Under the pieces are notes generated by a model that saw nothing but the letters and a program-made list of their open reading frames with translations, was not told the DNA's origin and ran no database searches. A DNA stretch of 64,000 bases from assembly GCF_027921745.1 (NCBI RefSeq), contig NC_079240.1, positions 1,240,001-1,304,000 on the forward strand, written 5' to 3'. The position numbers and the translations under genes were made by a program. This stretch comes from Schizosaccharomyces osmophilus. Lineage: Eukaryota. Positions 24,819 to 35,505 of this stretch are shown here, piece by piece. Positions within the stretch are counted from its first letter, which is position 1. Each line of letters starts with the position of its first letter.

Positions 24819-26104
24819 ATGGTATACAAAGAAAAAAATCGGTCGTTTTAAGTCGAGTTGAAACTGGCTTGGCAGAAGTACCTTTTCCTCGACAAGAAAG
24901 AATATGTTATTCCGAATTTTTCTCAGCAAAGGAAGAGACTCATAGAAAAAGGTCTGTTTTTTTTATATAAAGGTGTAAACAAAAGCAAAATACGACAATC
25001 TGTTACTTGCGCGTTGTGACTCTGATTGTGTCCATGTTATTGCGTAAGAGATGTGAACTTTTCTTGTCAACACAGGTTTTTCTCTTTTCTCTGTCAACTG
25101 TGTAGATTTTTTCCAAAAGAATTTTTTAAGGAATTTTTAATCAAAGATTGGAAATAACTGGGTTGCATTTCTCGTCCTGTTTTGTGTTTCCTCGTTATTT
25201 GTACCCACTTGACAATTTGCTTTCCTAACATAGTAGCCCATATCTTGCTAAAATCCATTTTATCTCTTTTCTATCTCTATTTTTTAAAAATAGTCAAAAA
25301 CTATTTACAAAAAGGTATGCTAATGCTTCCAATATTGTTTGCAGAGGGACTTTATTTAACTGCCTCAGAAATGGGAAAATCCATAGCAACTTGGAATCTT
25401 ATTTAGCCATTAGTGTTGTTAAAAATTGCTCCAAGGGTTATTCACTGGTATCAATACCTTCATTGAGGAAATCCCATGCCTAATAAACTATTTGTTTCTA
25501 GAAATCAATGTAGCTAGCTCTCAGGGACCAGGCACCGTTTATTATATGACTTAAATCTTAGTGGAAACTTATTTCTATGATAAATAAGTATCTTAATATT
25601 CTTTTGTTGTCAATAACTTTGGACATAACCCTTTGTGGAATTCTTGTAGCTTTTGGTCGTTACGCCCTGCTGTGGGCCTTAATGTTTAGTTCCCTTGATA
25701 TGTCAAATTTGTTTTTTAACTCCTTGCCTAGAAGAAACTCTCAATGACTACACTGTCATCCTCCTATTTCAGTAGGCTTTTTTTTACTTGCTGCTATATG
25801 GTTCTAAATATGGGCCTCTTGGTAGGAAGTACTGCCAAAATTATCGGATGCCTAGTTTTATGTGCTTGGAGTACATTTCAAAAATAATTTATAATATGCT
25901 TCGAATTTGATTTTCGAGACAACACAGGTTTTGCCTAGCCCTTGTAAATATTTTGCTGGTGGTGCTGTACACCTGCTTGGTCGATCACCCGAGGAACACA
26001 ATTGAACAGCAGAAAAACGCTTATTCTTGGTTTTATTAATTCCAGGTTTTCTCGTGTGGTATCAAGCAATAACTAGATTCAATAATTTGAGTTTTACGAG
26101 GTGA
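24819..26104 (+). pseudogene. decayed multi-exon, multi-TM membrane protein gene, wtf-like (unit 1)
   Basis: ATG 24819; hydrophilic exon 1 ends GAAAAAG|GT at 24951; GTAAACAAA in the putative intron 1; intron 25315-25368 (GTATGC..TTAAC..CAG). A series of frameshifted hydrophobic segments follows (NNWVAFLVLFCVSSLFV, KYLNILLLSITLDITLCGILVAFG, MGLLVGSTAKIIGCLVLCAW, CLALVNILLVVLYTCLV, RLFLVLLIPGFLVWY). Flanks are homologous to unit 2. Confidence 0.5.
24975..24983 (+). promoter_or_regulatory. FLEX-like forkhead (Mei4) site in the putative intron 1 of the wtf-like unit 1
   Basis: GTAAACAAA 23 nt after the predicted donor site. The same 9-mer also occurs elsewhere in the window, so only its position is informative. 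Confidence 0.4.
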
Positions 26105-26520
26105 TGGATGGGAAAATAGTAATCGTTAATTTCGATTTACTAAAACGAATCTTGATCTAAGGATCTAAAACGAAACGAAGAGAAAATAGCGGTTATCAAG
26201 TGGAAAGGCAAAAAAGTATGTGCATTCTCCTGTCCTCTTTCAAGGTACTTAGACTGGTGATCGTTTATATTATAAAATTTTGGATAAAACAAGAAACAAA
26301 CTATTAATGACCATTGAAGAACGTAAACTTTCTTGCCTTTTCTTTTCGAACCATAGACTTCATACAATTCCCATCAGGTGGAATGAATGTCCCGTTACCC
26401 TTGAGGTAACAATGCCATGCAAGTAGAGAACAACACGAAACTGAATGATTTAAAACAGAAGTCAACGTTTAAGGAAACTTAAGAACAGGCTAGTAAAATT
26501 AAGATTCTACTCACTTTCAT

Positions 26521-26603
26521 AGCCTTATATTGAATTCGCACATAGTACTAGTGAGGCCATCAGTCATTGAACTGCAATGATGAGACAGGATCTGGTGGCT
26601 TCG
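26521..26603 (-). pseudogene. degenerate 5S rDNA copy
   Basis: 26541-26603 aligns without gaps to 28241-28303 of the intact 5S gene at 47/63 identities (hand count), same orientation. 26521-26540 resembles the 5S 3' end with internal deletions. Confidence 0.8.
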
Positions 26604-26939
26604 AGCTTACAAGTCCTGGTAGTGCACAAAAATACCAGTTTTGTACTGTCAATCTATATTTACTAACGATTAATGTTGCTTTTCTACCTATTCAACAAAA
26701 TGACGTGTTATCTGTTTGACGAGCTCATGTACAAGGCACCAAAGAAAGGACCTAAAAAGGTTGACGGCAGCGTCACTTTGGCAAACCTCTAACCATTGCC
26801 ATTGCAGGTTTATTTCCATTTTTTGAAGATGAAATGAAGTGAACTCTTCTTTTTTTGGTAGTTTAAATTGATTGAATCACCGTCTGTTGTCGTGTACTAC
26901 CAACTTGTGCTTCTCATGGTTCGTTTCTGATTGGGTGCT

Positions 26940-27738
26940 ATGAACGAAAAAAAAAAATATGAATAGCAACTTGAAGCTCCTAAACTTGCCGAATCTTCTT
27001 ACTTGGCTTCTCCTGTGAGTTCTGAAAGTGATTTATCCACGTACCACAAGATTTTGTGTTCATCAAATTTGGATGATTCGGAAAAAGGTTGTTTCTATTC
27101 TTTACTGGATATTGAAAATAAGAGCAGAATTTTTTAGTAACGCTTCGGCAAAAATGTGTTACTCTGCTGCTCTACCCAATTGGCTCGAAATTACATTCTT
27201 GTTTTTGTTAGGCCATCAAAGCATTCGCGAGATTTTTACTTTCTGAAAAAAAAAACAGTAAATGAGGGAGTTCGACTTTTTGGTGTTATCTCTTCTCCAT
27301 AGGACTTGATTCTCTACTTTCGTATCACTTTCTCTTTCCTTTTCTAACCGATGGTTTGCTGAAAGAAATTCGAAAAGAGTTTCAATTTTGTGTAACAGCA
27401 TTTCTTGCCGTCTTGGCTTTTGGCTTTCTTCTTAATTTAGTTTCAGGTATCCCAGTAGATGGATGAAGTTTGATGAAAGCTTTACTAACTGATAATGAAT
27501 AGTTTTATTGAATTTGCTTTTTTTAACATTGAATGGTGTTTCCAAATCGTTCAAACATGTTCATTAACTGTTGGAAGTTGTTCTTCAGGTGTTCGGATAC
27601 GTTCTCATACTACTAGCCTATATTCTAGGTTATGACATTACATTAGAAGTGTCCGACTCAATGAATGAAAATCAATTGCCAAAAATGCTGATGCAATACC
27701 TCCCGAACCGCCAAGAGAGCCAAAGAGTTCTATATTAG
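26940..27738 (+). pseudogene. wtf-family (poison-antidote meiotic driver)-like pseudogene (unit 2), between two 5S copies
   Basis: Exon 1 26940-27087 reads MNEKKKYE*QLEAPKLAESSYLASPVSSESDLSTYHKILCSSNLDDSEK, with in-frame TAG at 26964 and a phase-1 GT donor. Short introns at 27322-27364 and 27447-27502 (GTAT..CTAAC..AG). TM exons NEGVRLFGVISS and EFQFCVTAFLAVLAFGFLLNLVS; hydrophilic last exon YDITLEVSDSMNENQLPKMLMQYLPNRQESQRVLY*. Confidence 0.6.
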
Positions 27739-28190
27739 AAGCGAGGACCATGTTTTGAATTTGTAACGATAGGTAAGGCGACAAGAAAATCAGTCTAAGA
27801 ATACTGGAAGCGCTAAAATCTTGCAAAACACTTAAGAAGCTTTTTGTCCTTTTTGACTTTTTATGCACTTTGTATATTTATCCTTGCTTTATTCTACTAT
27901 ATTTTCTGTTCTCAGGACAATGTTTGGTTTCTCCCTTTCCCTTCGATATTTGCATCTGCATAACGTCCATTTATCCTCACGCTAGTTAGTCTCGTTTATT
28001 TATTAATTGTTTTGCAATACGAATGTTTACTCGTTTTCTTTCTATTTTAGATCTTCAATAAGATATTGATTGGTGTTTCAAGAAATGCTGTGAATGCATT
28101 GCTTCCCTTCGTATACGCTCAATTCAAGGACATGAAAGTAAAAAAAAGTACAACTATGAAATGAAACATTCTTAAGGATAAAGAAAAGAG

Positions 28191-28195
28191 AAAAA
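28191..28195 (-). terminator. RNA polymerase III terminator (T5) of the 5S gene
   Basis: Minus strand reads ...GTAGGCT TCCTCTCA TTTTT, i.e. a T5 run 8 nt past the mature 3' end. Confidence 0.7.
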
Positions 28196-28203
28196 TGAGA
28201 GGA

Positions 28204-28322
28204 AGCCTACAGCATCCCGGATTCCCATGTTGTCTCCAACCATAGTACTAACGAGACCCTCAGACGCTTAACTGCAGTGATCGAACGGGAACTGGTGTTT
28301 TCGCCTAGGTATGGCCGTAGAC
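28204..28322 (-). rRNA. dispersed 5S rRNA gene (119 nt)
   Basis: Reverse complement is GTCTACGGCCATACCTAGGCGAAAACACCAGTTCCCGTTCGATCACTGCAGTTAAGCGTCTGAGGGTCTCGTTAGTACTATGGTTGGAGACAACATGGGAATCCGGGATGCTGTAGGCT, a Schizosaccharomyces-type 5S with complementary ends. Confidence 0.97.
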
Positions 28323-28545
28323 ATATGCTTTATTCTTTTAAGCTATCTATATACACAGGCTATAAGTGAACGACTTTTAGTTGATGATCATGTAGGAATT
28401 GTTTGTACATGAAGACCAGCTAGAAAATATTATGAATGGGAATAAAGGGAAACAAATGTAGACTTATATCATACATCTTGGCTCTGAAGGCTTGAAGAAA
28501 CGCGAAAGCCTCAAATTTTGCTATGGCCATATTTATAAGTACAGT

Positions 28546-28556
28546 GTAAACAAACA
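28546..28556 (+). promoter_or_regulatory. forkhead-binding FLEX consensus between the 5S gene and rlc1
   Basis: GTAAACAAACA, ~650 bp upstream of the rlc1 ATG. Confidence 0.4.
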
Positions 28557-28802
28557 AGTTAGTATGGATACATTATGTCCTTGGTATTTCTACTAATGTA
28601 TGAAAAATTAACCTATTTAATCTTTTTTATTCCATTTTTATTTTTGCTTGATGTAAATTCTTCCATAAACCATTCGTTTTATATATAGTAAATTACTACC
28701 AGTGAGCAGTATCAAACAAAAGTAAAGGAAATAAACAAACGATGAATTGGAAGACAAAGACCCATTTAGTTGAAAAGGAAATCTTATTTACTTCATTATA
28801 AG

Positions 28803-28804
28803 TA

Positions 28805-28859
<55 letters not shown>
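28803..28859. repeat. (TA)12 microsatellite fused to a T33 homopolymer
   Basis: Read directly from the sequence. Confidence 0.9.
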
Positions 28860-29196
28860 CTAAGTAGGCTGGTGTAATAACCGAATGCTTGTTTATACAC
28901 TTGTTGAAAGTTGACCTAATAGGGCCTTTACCTTTAAAAAAAAAAAAAAGAACTTCACCAGTTCTTTTCTTTCTTCTATTTGAAAGGTTCAATCTTACAT
29001 TTTCGTTCTTTTTGTACCAATTTTTTCATTCTCTTTTTCATTCTTCAAATTTTTTAAAGATTTTTCTCTACAGGAACCTTGCTTTTCATTCTTATCGAAA
29101 TCTCAACCGAAGATTTCCAAATTGGCTCTTTTTAATACAGATACCTTTTTTTTTTTGAATATTTATTCAAAATAATATTGTCAAACGAATCAAGCC

Positions 29197-29745
29197 ATGG
29201 CTACCGAGAAATCCAACTCTTTTGGTGAAAGAAGAGTCCCTCTTTCTTCTAGTACTTCTGAAAAAGTAGCTGCCCAGGCTGCTATAAGGGCTTCTTCTGG
29301 TGCTTTTGCTCAGCTTACCTCTTCTCAAATTCAAGAGCTCAAGGAAGCTTTTGCCTTGCTTGACAAGGACGGTGATGGAAATATCGGCGAAGACGATTTG
29401 AAAACTATGCTTTCCTCGTTAAATCAAGACTCTTCTAGTCAGGTCATTCAGCAAATGTTTGATTCTGTTCATCCTCCTATTAATTTAGCTTCTTTCCTCA
29501 CGTTCATGGGTTCAATGTTGTGCCGTATCTCTCCTAGAATGGACCTCTTGGAAGCTTTTGCAACTTTCGACGATACTCAATCAGGTAAAATTCCAATTGG
29601 TCTGTTAAAAGAAGCCTTGTCCACAATGGGAGATCGGATCGATGCCAAAGATGTCGAGTCTATTCTCCGTTCACACACCAGCCATGGAATGTTTTACTAT
29701 GAAAAATTTGTGGATGCGGTAGCTGGTTCTAAAGACAACAACTAG
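29197..29745 (+). CDS. rlc1: myosin II regulatory light chain
   Basis: RASSGAFAQL..SQIQELKEAFALLDKDGDG EF-hand. Confidence 0.95.
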   Translation: MATEKSNSFGERRVPLSSSTSEKVAAQAAIRASSGAFAQLTSSQIQELKEAFALLDKDGDGNIGEDDLKTMLSSLNQDSSSQVIQQMFDSVHPPINLASFLTFMGSMLCRISPRMDLLEAFATFDDTQSGKIPIGLLKEALSTMGDRIDAKDVESILRSHTSHGMFYYEKFVDAVAGSKDNN

Positions 29746-30830
29746 GATTTTTCTTCGCTCCTTTCTTTCTTCTTTCTCTTTCTTTATGAATTCATTCCTC
29801 CATACCTTGTTGCTTTGGCATGAATGCTATTTACTGTCACGAACCTCTAACCCACTAATTAATTTTTTTTTGCTGTTTTCACACAATCGAATCATAATTT
29901 CTTTCTATTTTATCAATTAACCCTTACTACCCCACGTTCATATCAATCTTTTGTGTCTTCTATAGATTTATGCACTTTAGAAAGAGCAAGTATTGATTTG
30001 TCTGCTTGCTTTTTTTTTATGTCTTCTTTACATAAATTACTTTTTTGAGTATCACTTTACAAACAGAAGAAGCTGGCTTTGTACAACTTACCCAATATAG
30101 ATTCCGTCCAATATAGTCACCTATGTGTCTTTCCTGAACCTCATCCTATTACTTCTGTATAATTTTACATAGAACTGTTATTATTGTCTGGTTTACATTG
30201 GTAAAAATCTGCCTTTCAAGTACCAATCACATACACATCCATTACATACAAGCTTTTACAACCTGAAGCTGATGGAATATAATATAAGAAATATAGCTAA
30301 TCGGTTTACAATGTAAAGTCTTAGAGTGAAATCCGCGAAATATCCACATGTCCTTGTTAACTTCACAACGATCATCACTCCAAAACTGATATTTAGATTC
30401 GTGTCTGGGCAATAAGACATATGTTTCAGTTTATTTCTATCTGAATACATACCTGTATTGGTTCCATCCATCTTACTTGTTTCATAAAGGTTTGCATTAC
30501 TTTTTTTGTCAACAACGATAACTTGCAAATTTAACATCCTTGTACGGTCTAATTGTCTACCTTTCCTAGGTAGAATACCCTATTGGTACTCAATGTTTCA
30601 AAATTAGAATACAACCATAAACTTACTACTCAAATTATAGACAATAAACCATTAAATAATATGAAAAGACTCTTTTCTATTATCCAGTCTCTAATTAAAT
30701 AATTCATGAAAAGGAACTTTTAAGACGAAATTATTAAACCATACAATACCTGCTATACTGCAAAGTCGTATACTTCCAAAAGACATGACGCATAGATAAC
30801 TTGACAAACTTTTGACTATTTCCAGTTGAT

Positions 30831-32942
30831 TTAGTCAACCTCTTCCATCTTGCTTTCAACAGCTTCCTCCTTGGTAGGCTCAGCAGCTTGCTCAGCAACA
30901 GGAACTTCTTCCTCATCAATGCTAAGTCCGAGAGAAATGAGACGGTTGATACGACCAGCATAGGCACTAGGATCGTCCAAAGAGAAACCAGAAGACAAGA
31001 GAGCAGTCTCAAACAAGATAGTGGCCAAGTCCTTAACAGCGCGGTCCTCAGTACCACTTTCATCAACCTTCTTCTTGAGTTCAGCAATGATAGCAGACTT
31101 GGGGTTGATTTCAAAGGTCTTCTTGCTAGACATGTAAGAACTCATAGAAGTATCACGGAGAGCTTGGGCCTTCATGATACGCTCCATGTTAGCAGACCAG
31201 CCATATTGACCAGTAGTCAACAAGCAAGGAGAACCAACAATCTTGTTAGAAACGGTAACCTTCTCAACCTTGTCACCCAAGATAGTCTTGAGTTGCTTAG
31301 CGAACTCTTCGTACTCCTTCTCGAGGTTTTCACGGTTAGTCTTCTCCTCATCAGTCTCTTCCAATTCAAGACCATCCTTGGTGATGTTAACCAACTTCTT
31401 GCCTTCGAATTCCTTCAATTGAGTAACGGCATACTCGTCAATGGGGTCAACCATGAACAAGACATCGAACTTCTTGGCACGGAAGACTTCCAAGAAAGGA
31501 GAGTTTTCGACAGCTTGCTTAGATTCACCAGTGATGAAGTAGATGTTCTTTTGATGCTCGGGCATCTTGGTGATATAGTCCTCAAAGCTGATCATGTCAT
31601 CAGTGGAGTTGAGAGAGTTGTAACGCAAGAGCTTAGCCAAAGCAGGGCGGTTGGCGGCATCCTCGTGGATACCGAGCTTCAAGTTCTTGCTGAAAGCTTC
31701 ATAGAAAGTCTTGAAGTTCTCCTTGTCTTCAGCAATTTCAGTGAACATATCCAAGCAGCGACGGACAATGTTCTTGCGAATAACCTTCATAATCTTGTTT
31801 TGTTGAAGCATTTCACGAGACAAGTTCAAAGGCAAATCCTCAGAGTCAACAACACCCTTGACGAAGCTCAACCATTCAGGAATAATTTCTTCACAGTCAT
31901 CGGTGATGAAGACGCGACGGACGTACAACTTAATGTTAGTCTTCTTCTTCTTGGCTTCAAACAAGTCCATGGGGGCACGACGAGGGGCGAAGAGAACAGC
32001 ACGGAATTCCAACTGACCCTCAACGCTAAAGTGCTTAACGGCAAGGTGATCCTCCCAGTCGTTAGTCAAAGACTTGTAGAAAGAAGCATATTCTTCCTTA
32101 GAAACTTCACTAGGGTTACGAGTCCAGATGGGCTTAGTCTTGTTAAGCTCTTCGTTTTCAGTGGTAGTTTCTTTAACCTTTTTGGTCTTCTTCTCCTCCT
32201 TCTTCTCGGATTCGTCGTCCACTTCCTCGATCTTGGGAGCCTTGTCATCGTCTTCCTTGACTTCCTCAGTAGTGTCTTCCTCTTGAGGAACATCCTTCTC
32301 GACTTCACGGGTAACAACAAGTTCAATGGGGTAAGAAATAAATTCACTGTGCTTCTTGACGGTATCCTTGATGGTCTTCTCTTCGAGGTAAGCGAGTTGA
32401 TCATCCTTCATGTGAAGACGGATCTCGGTACCACGACCCAAACGAGGACCCTCAGTGTCCAAAGTAACGTTGAAGCTACCTCCGGCAGAGGATTCCCAGA
32501 TGTATTGTTCGTCGTCGTTGTGCTTACTGACAACTTCAACCTTGTCGGCAACCAAATAGGCAGAGTAGAAACCGACACCGAATTGACCAATCATAGAAAT
32601 ATCAGCACCAGAAGTGGCAGCCTCCATAAATTGCTTGGTACCAGATTTGGCAATCACACCAAGATTGTTGATCAAGTCATTCTTGGTCATACCAATACCA
32701 GTATCACGGATGCAAAGAACCTTGCTTTCCTTGTATGGAGTGATGCGAATGTACATCCCCTTTTCATTATCCAAGGCATGGGGATCAGAAAGGCTTTGAT
32801 AGCGAATCTTGTCCAAAGCATCAGAGGAGTTGGAAATGATTTCACGAAGGAAAATTTCCTTGTTTGAGTAAACGGTGTTGATGATCAAGGACATCAACTG
32901 GCTGATTTCAGCCTCGAACTTGAAAGTCTCAGTGTTTGACAT
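30831..32942 (-). CDS. hsp90: cytosolic Hsp90 chaperone
   Basis: [19 protein letters not shown] and the C-terminal MEEVD. Confidence 0.98.
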   Translation of the reverse strand: MSNTETFKFEAEISQLMSLIINTVYSNKEIFLREIISNSSDALDKIRYQSLSDPHALDNEKGMYIRITPYKESKVLCIRDTGIGMTKNDLINNLGVIAKSGTKQFMEAATSGADISMIGQFGVGFYSAYLVADKVEVVSKHNDDEQYIWESSAGGSFNVTLDTEGPRLGRGTEIRLHMKDDQLAYLEEKTIKDTVKKHSEFISYPIELVVTREVEKDVPQEEDTTEEVKEDDDKAPKIEEVDDESEKKEEKKTKKVKETTTENEELNKTKPIWTRNPSEVSKEEYASFYKSLTNDWEDHLAVKHFSVEGQLEFRAVLFAPRRAPMDLFEAKKKKTNIKLYVRRVFITDDCEEIIPEWLSFVKGVVDSEDLPLNLSREMLQQNKIMKVIRKNIVRRCLDMFTEIAEDKENFKTFYEAFSKNLKLGIHEDAANRPALAKLLRYNSLNSTDDMISFEDYITKMPEHQKNIYFITGESKQAVENSPFLEVFRAKKFDVLFMVDPIDEYAVTQLKEFEGKKLVNITKDGLELEETDEEKTNRENLEKEYEEFAKQLKTILGDKVEKVTVSNKIVGSPCLLTTGQYGWSANMERIMKAQALRDTSMSSYMSSKKTFEINPKSAIIAELKKKVDESGTEDRAVKDLATILFETALLSSGFSLDDPSAYAGRINRLISLGLSIDEEEVPVAEQAAEPTKEEAVESKMEEVD

Positions 32943-33977
32943 TTTGAATTTCTATGTATTATAAATGATAGAATAACAAATTTCGTAAAATCCTAAATGA
33001 GCTTGAAAATGCGATATAAATGTGCTCGTAAAACGATTCCTTCAGTAAGCTCCAAAAATAAAGGGAAATTCACTGTTTTTAATTAGATTGAATATGTTTG
33101 GTTCCTTCGTAAGAGGTTTGCTAGATGCTTTTCCTTCTACCTTTTGCGACGATATGGGGAAACGGAGGAAACTCAGTGCTGTTTATATCGTGTAAACAAA
33201 GAACCTCGAAGATTCCAAACCCGAACCCTAATACTTGGTGGAAGCTCATGGAAGGAGGAATACGGTGGCAGAGTGTTTGAAGCGCAAGAAGCGCGGCTCT
33301 AGAGAGTGCCAGAATCATCAAGGATAGCGTAGAGAAGATTTGAGTGCGATATTGTAACTTTGCAGCATACAGAATCCTACGTTAGTTTCGTAATGGTATT
33401 CCTAAAAAGTATGGTGTATGACTGTACGATACGGAATATAAGGATAACACGAAAGAAAGCATTGTCTTAGTAAACAACGCTAGGAAATAGAATAATCCGA
33501 TGTGATCGGGAAAGGTATTCATGTTCTATTTTCTATTGTGTATAAACCGACTTTGTTTCTATATGCTATGAATTATAACTTCCTTTCGTCTTTAAAACAC
33601 CCACCCATTTCAAGTGAATTATCAAGGCAAACCAAGTTTTCTGTCCTCTATTGAAGACGAGTTATCCCTATTTGTACATTATTCCAAAGGTCACCGTAAC
33701 CAAAACGAATCATTATGTTCGTCTATCTTGCAAAAATCTGTCCTTCTAATCTTCAGTAGACAAATATGTGAGTATCGAGACAAGCAGGTCTCAGACCGTA
33801 ATCTTTAGGTGGTAGTTCTACAGAGCAAACCTTTTGCTCCGCTAGAAGAATAAGATATGAGAATCATTTTAGGGTTGTTTTCTTCGACCCAATTTAGCTA
33901 AAGAGGAGAATAGCAAACACTTGCCAAATCCTTCTTTCTAGATACTACGATCATTCAAAAAAAAAACTCGACCACAT

Positions 33978-34459
33978 TTACTGCTCACTCCCATCCGTCT
34001 CTACCACTTCGTAAGCTACCTGGATGGTCAAACTGCATCCCAAGCAAGGTATAATGCTTTCTTCGTTTTCCAAGTTCTCTTCCGTTACGACATAGCCTCC
34101 CAATTCACCACAACGGCAGGGATAATAGTAGGAACCATCCTCCAACTCGTCAAACTCACTCAAGTCAACGACAGAGTAGTATTGAGCACGGTCTAGAATT
34201 GCAAGTTAGCATCGTTCTAACCATATACTAGCTATTCTTGCTTACCGGATCCCTTAGTTTTGAAAAAAAATTTACGATCTTCTTCATTTGCGAGAATTTG
34301 AAAGGCTTCACGAATTTGGTCAACGCTATATCGACCAGGCTGAATATCTTTTCGTTTATCCGGGTGAAATTGCAACAAAGCCTTTCGGTAAGCTTCTTTT
34401 ACTTGATCATCAGTGTACAATTCCTCTTTTTCCAGGTTTAGAACCGCATAGGGGTTCAT
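33978..34459 (-). CDS. dph4: diphthamide biosynthesis J-protein Dph4; intron 34193-34245
   Basis: Exon 1 is a J domain (HPDK). It splices via GTAAGC..CTAAC..TAG to DRAQYYSVVDLSEF...YPCRCG...CLGCSL (CSL zinc finger). Confidence 0.92.
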
Positions 34460-35505
34460 TACGGTTCAAGCTCAATTTTCCTTGCTTGAGACTTGGAAGT
34501 ACAAAACCAATTCTTGGACCACGAAATGTATACACACCAAACAAAATCGTTTTTAGTTTTTTTTTACAATAATACATAATTTTTTAAGCATTCATTGAAG
34601 CTTCAATTCCGTCTTTTTGAACAGTCTCTGTGTCAGATTTACGCTAGAGGATCAAAGAAAAAGGTCGAGAAAAGAGTCGATTAGTTTATAGTGAACAGTT
34701 TATTAATTCGTGAATTCATACAATATAGGTTGTTTACAAGCTAAAGGGCCTTACCCAAGTTTGATGATTTAGTACACACTTACAAGTCAATAAAATATAG
34801 ATAGTATATTAACGAATGGAAGAAATTTACTTATAGTAATTCCATCCATACAAAGCTATTCGTTTCATTTTTTCAATGAACAAGCTCGTAACTATCGAGG
34901 AAGGAACAAACAAATAAACGAAAATTTCTTCAATAATTCCAATGAACAGGAAGCTGATCATTCCTTCTCAGATCCATAACAACATGCCGGATAGAATCCA
35001 AAATCGCTCTACAAATAACAAACACAACATGTCAGCAGCGACTAAGGGAACAATTTAACGGCACTCTTTCAAAAAAGCCGTTATAACGAGTTGAAAGCTG
35101 AAGAGGCAAAATATGTAATGAAGCTCAAGTACTTTTTTTGATAAGACCAGATGATTTCCTTTTTTATCGAATATATAGAAAGCGTGATATTTTTTGTCGG
35201 TTTCAACTTGTCAGTCACTTATATTAAACAAATAAAAGGAAATCGTTCAATCATTACCGAATCCAGGAACCGCTCTAATTATAATAAACATGACCTGATA
35301 CGTCTAACGTTCGTTTAGTCAACAACATCATGAAGCTTGAATGGACCCGAAGAAAACTCCACATAGATATTAAATTGTAAATAATATAAATAAGAAATAG
35401 AATAATCGTAACATAGAAAAGCCAGTATATTAGATTAATAAATGAGATTAGTCGTGTAAATTAGGCGGCATTATCCATGATCATAAGTAATTTGAAGGGC
35501 ACCAT

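Noticed and set aside
25969..25989. ACACC...TCGATCAC resembling part of 5S on the + strand
   Set aside because: The match is too short, does not extend, and is compatible with chance.
30888..32867. 659-aa ORF antisense to hsp90
   Set aside because: Same antisense artefact of strong codon bias, well known for heat-shock genes.
33180..33345. Possible heat-shock elements upstream of hsp90
   Set aside because: Only scattered GAA/TTC units (e.g. GAAGATTC); I could not identify a clean three-unit nGAAn array.
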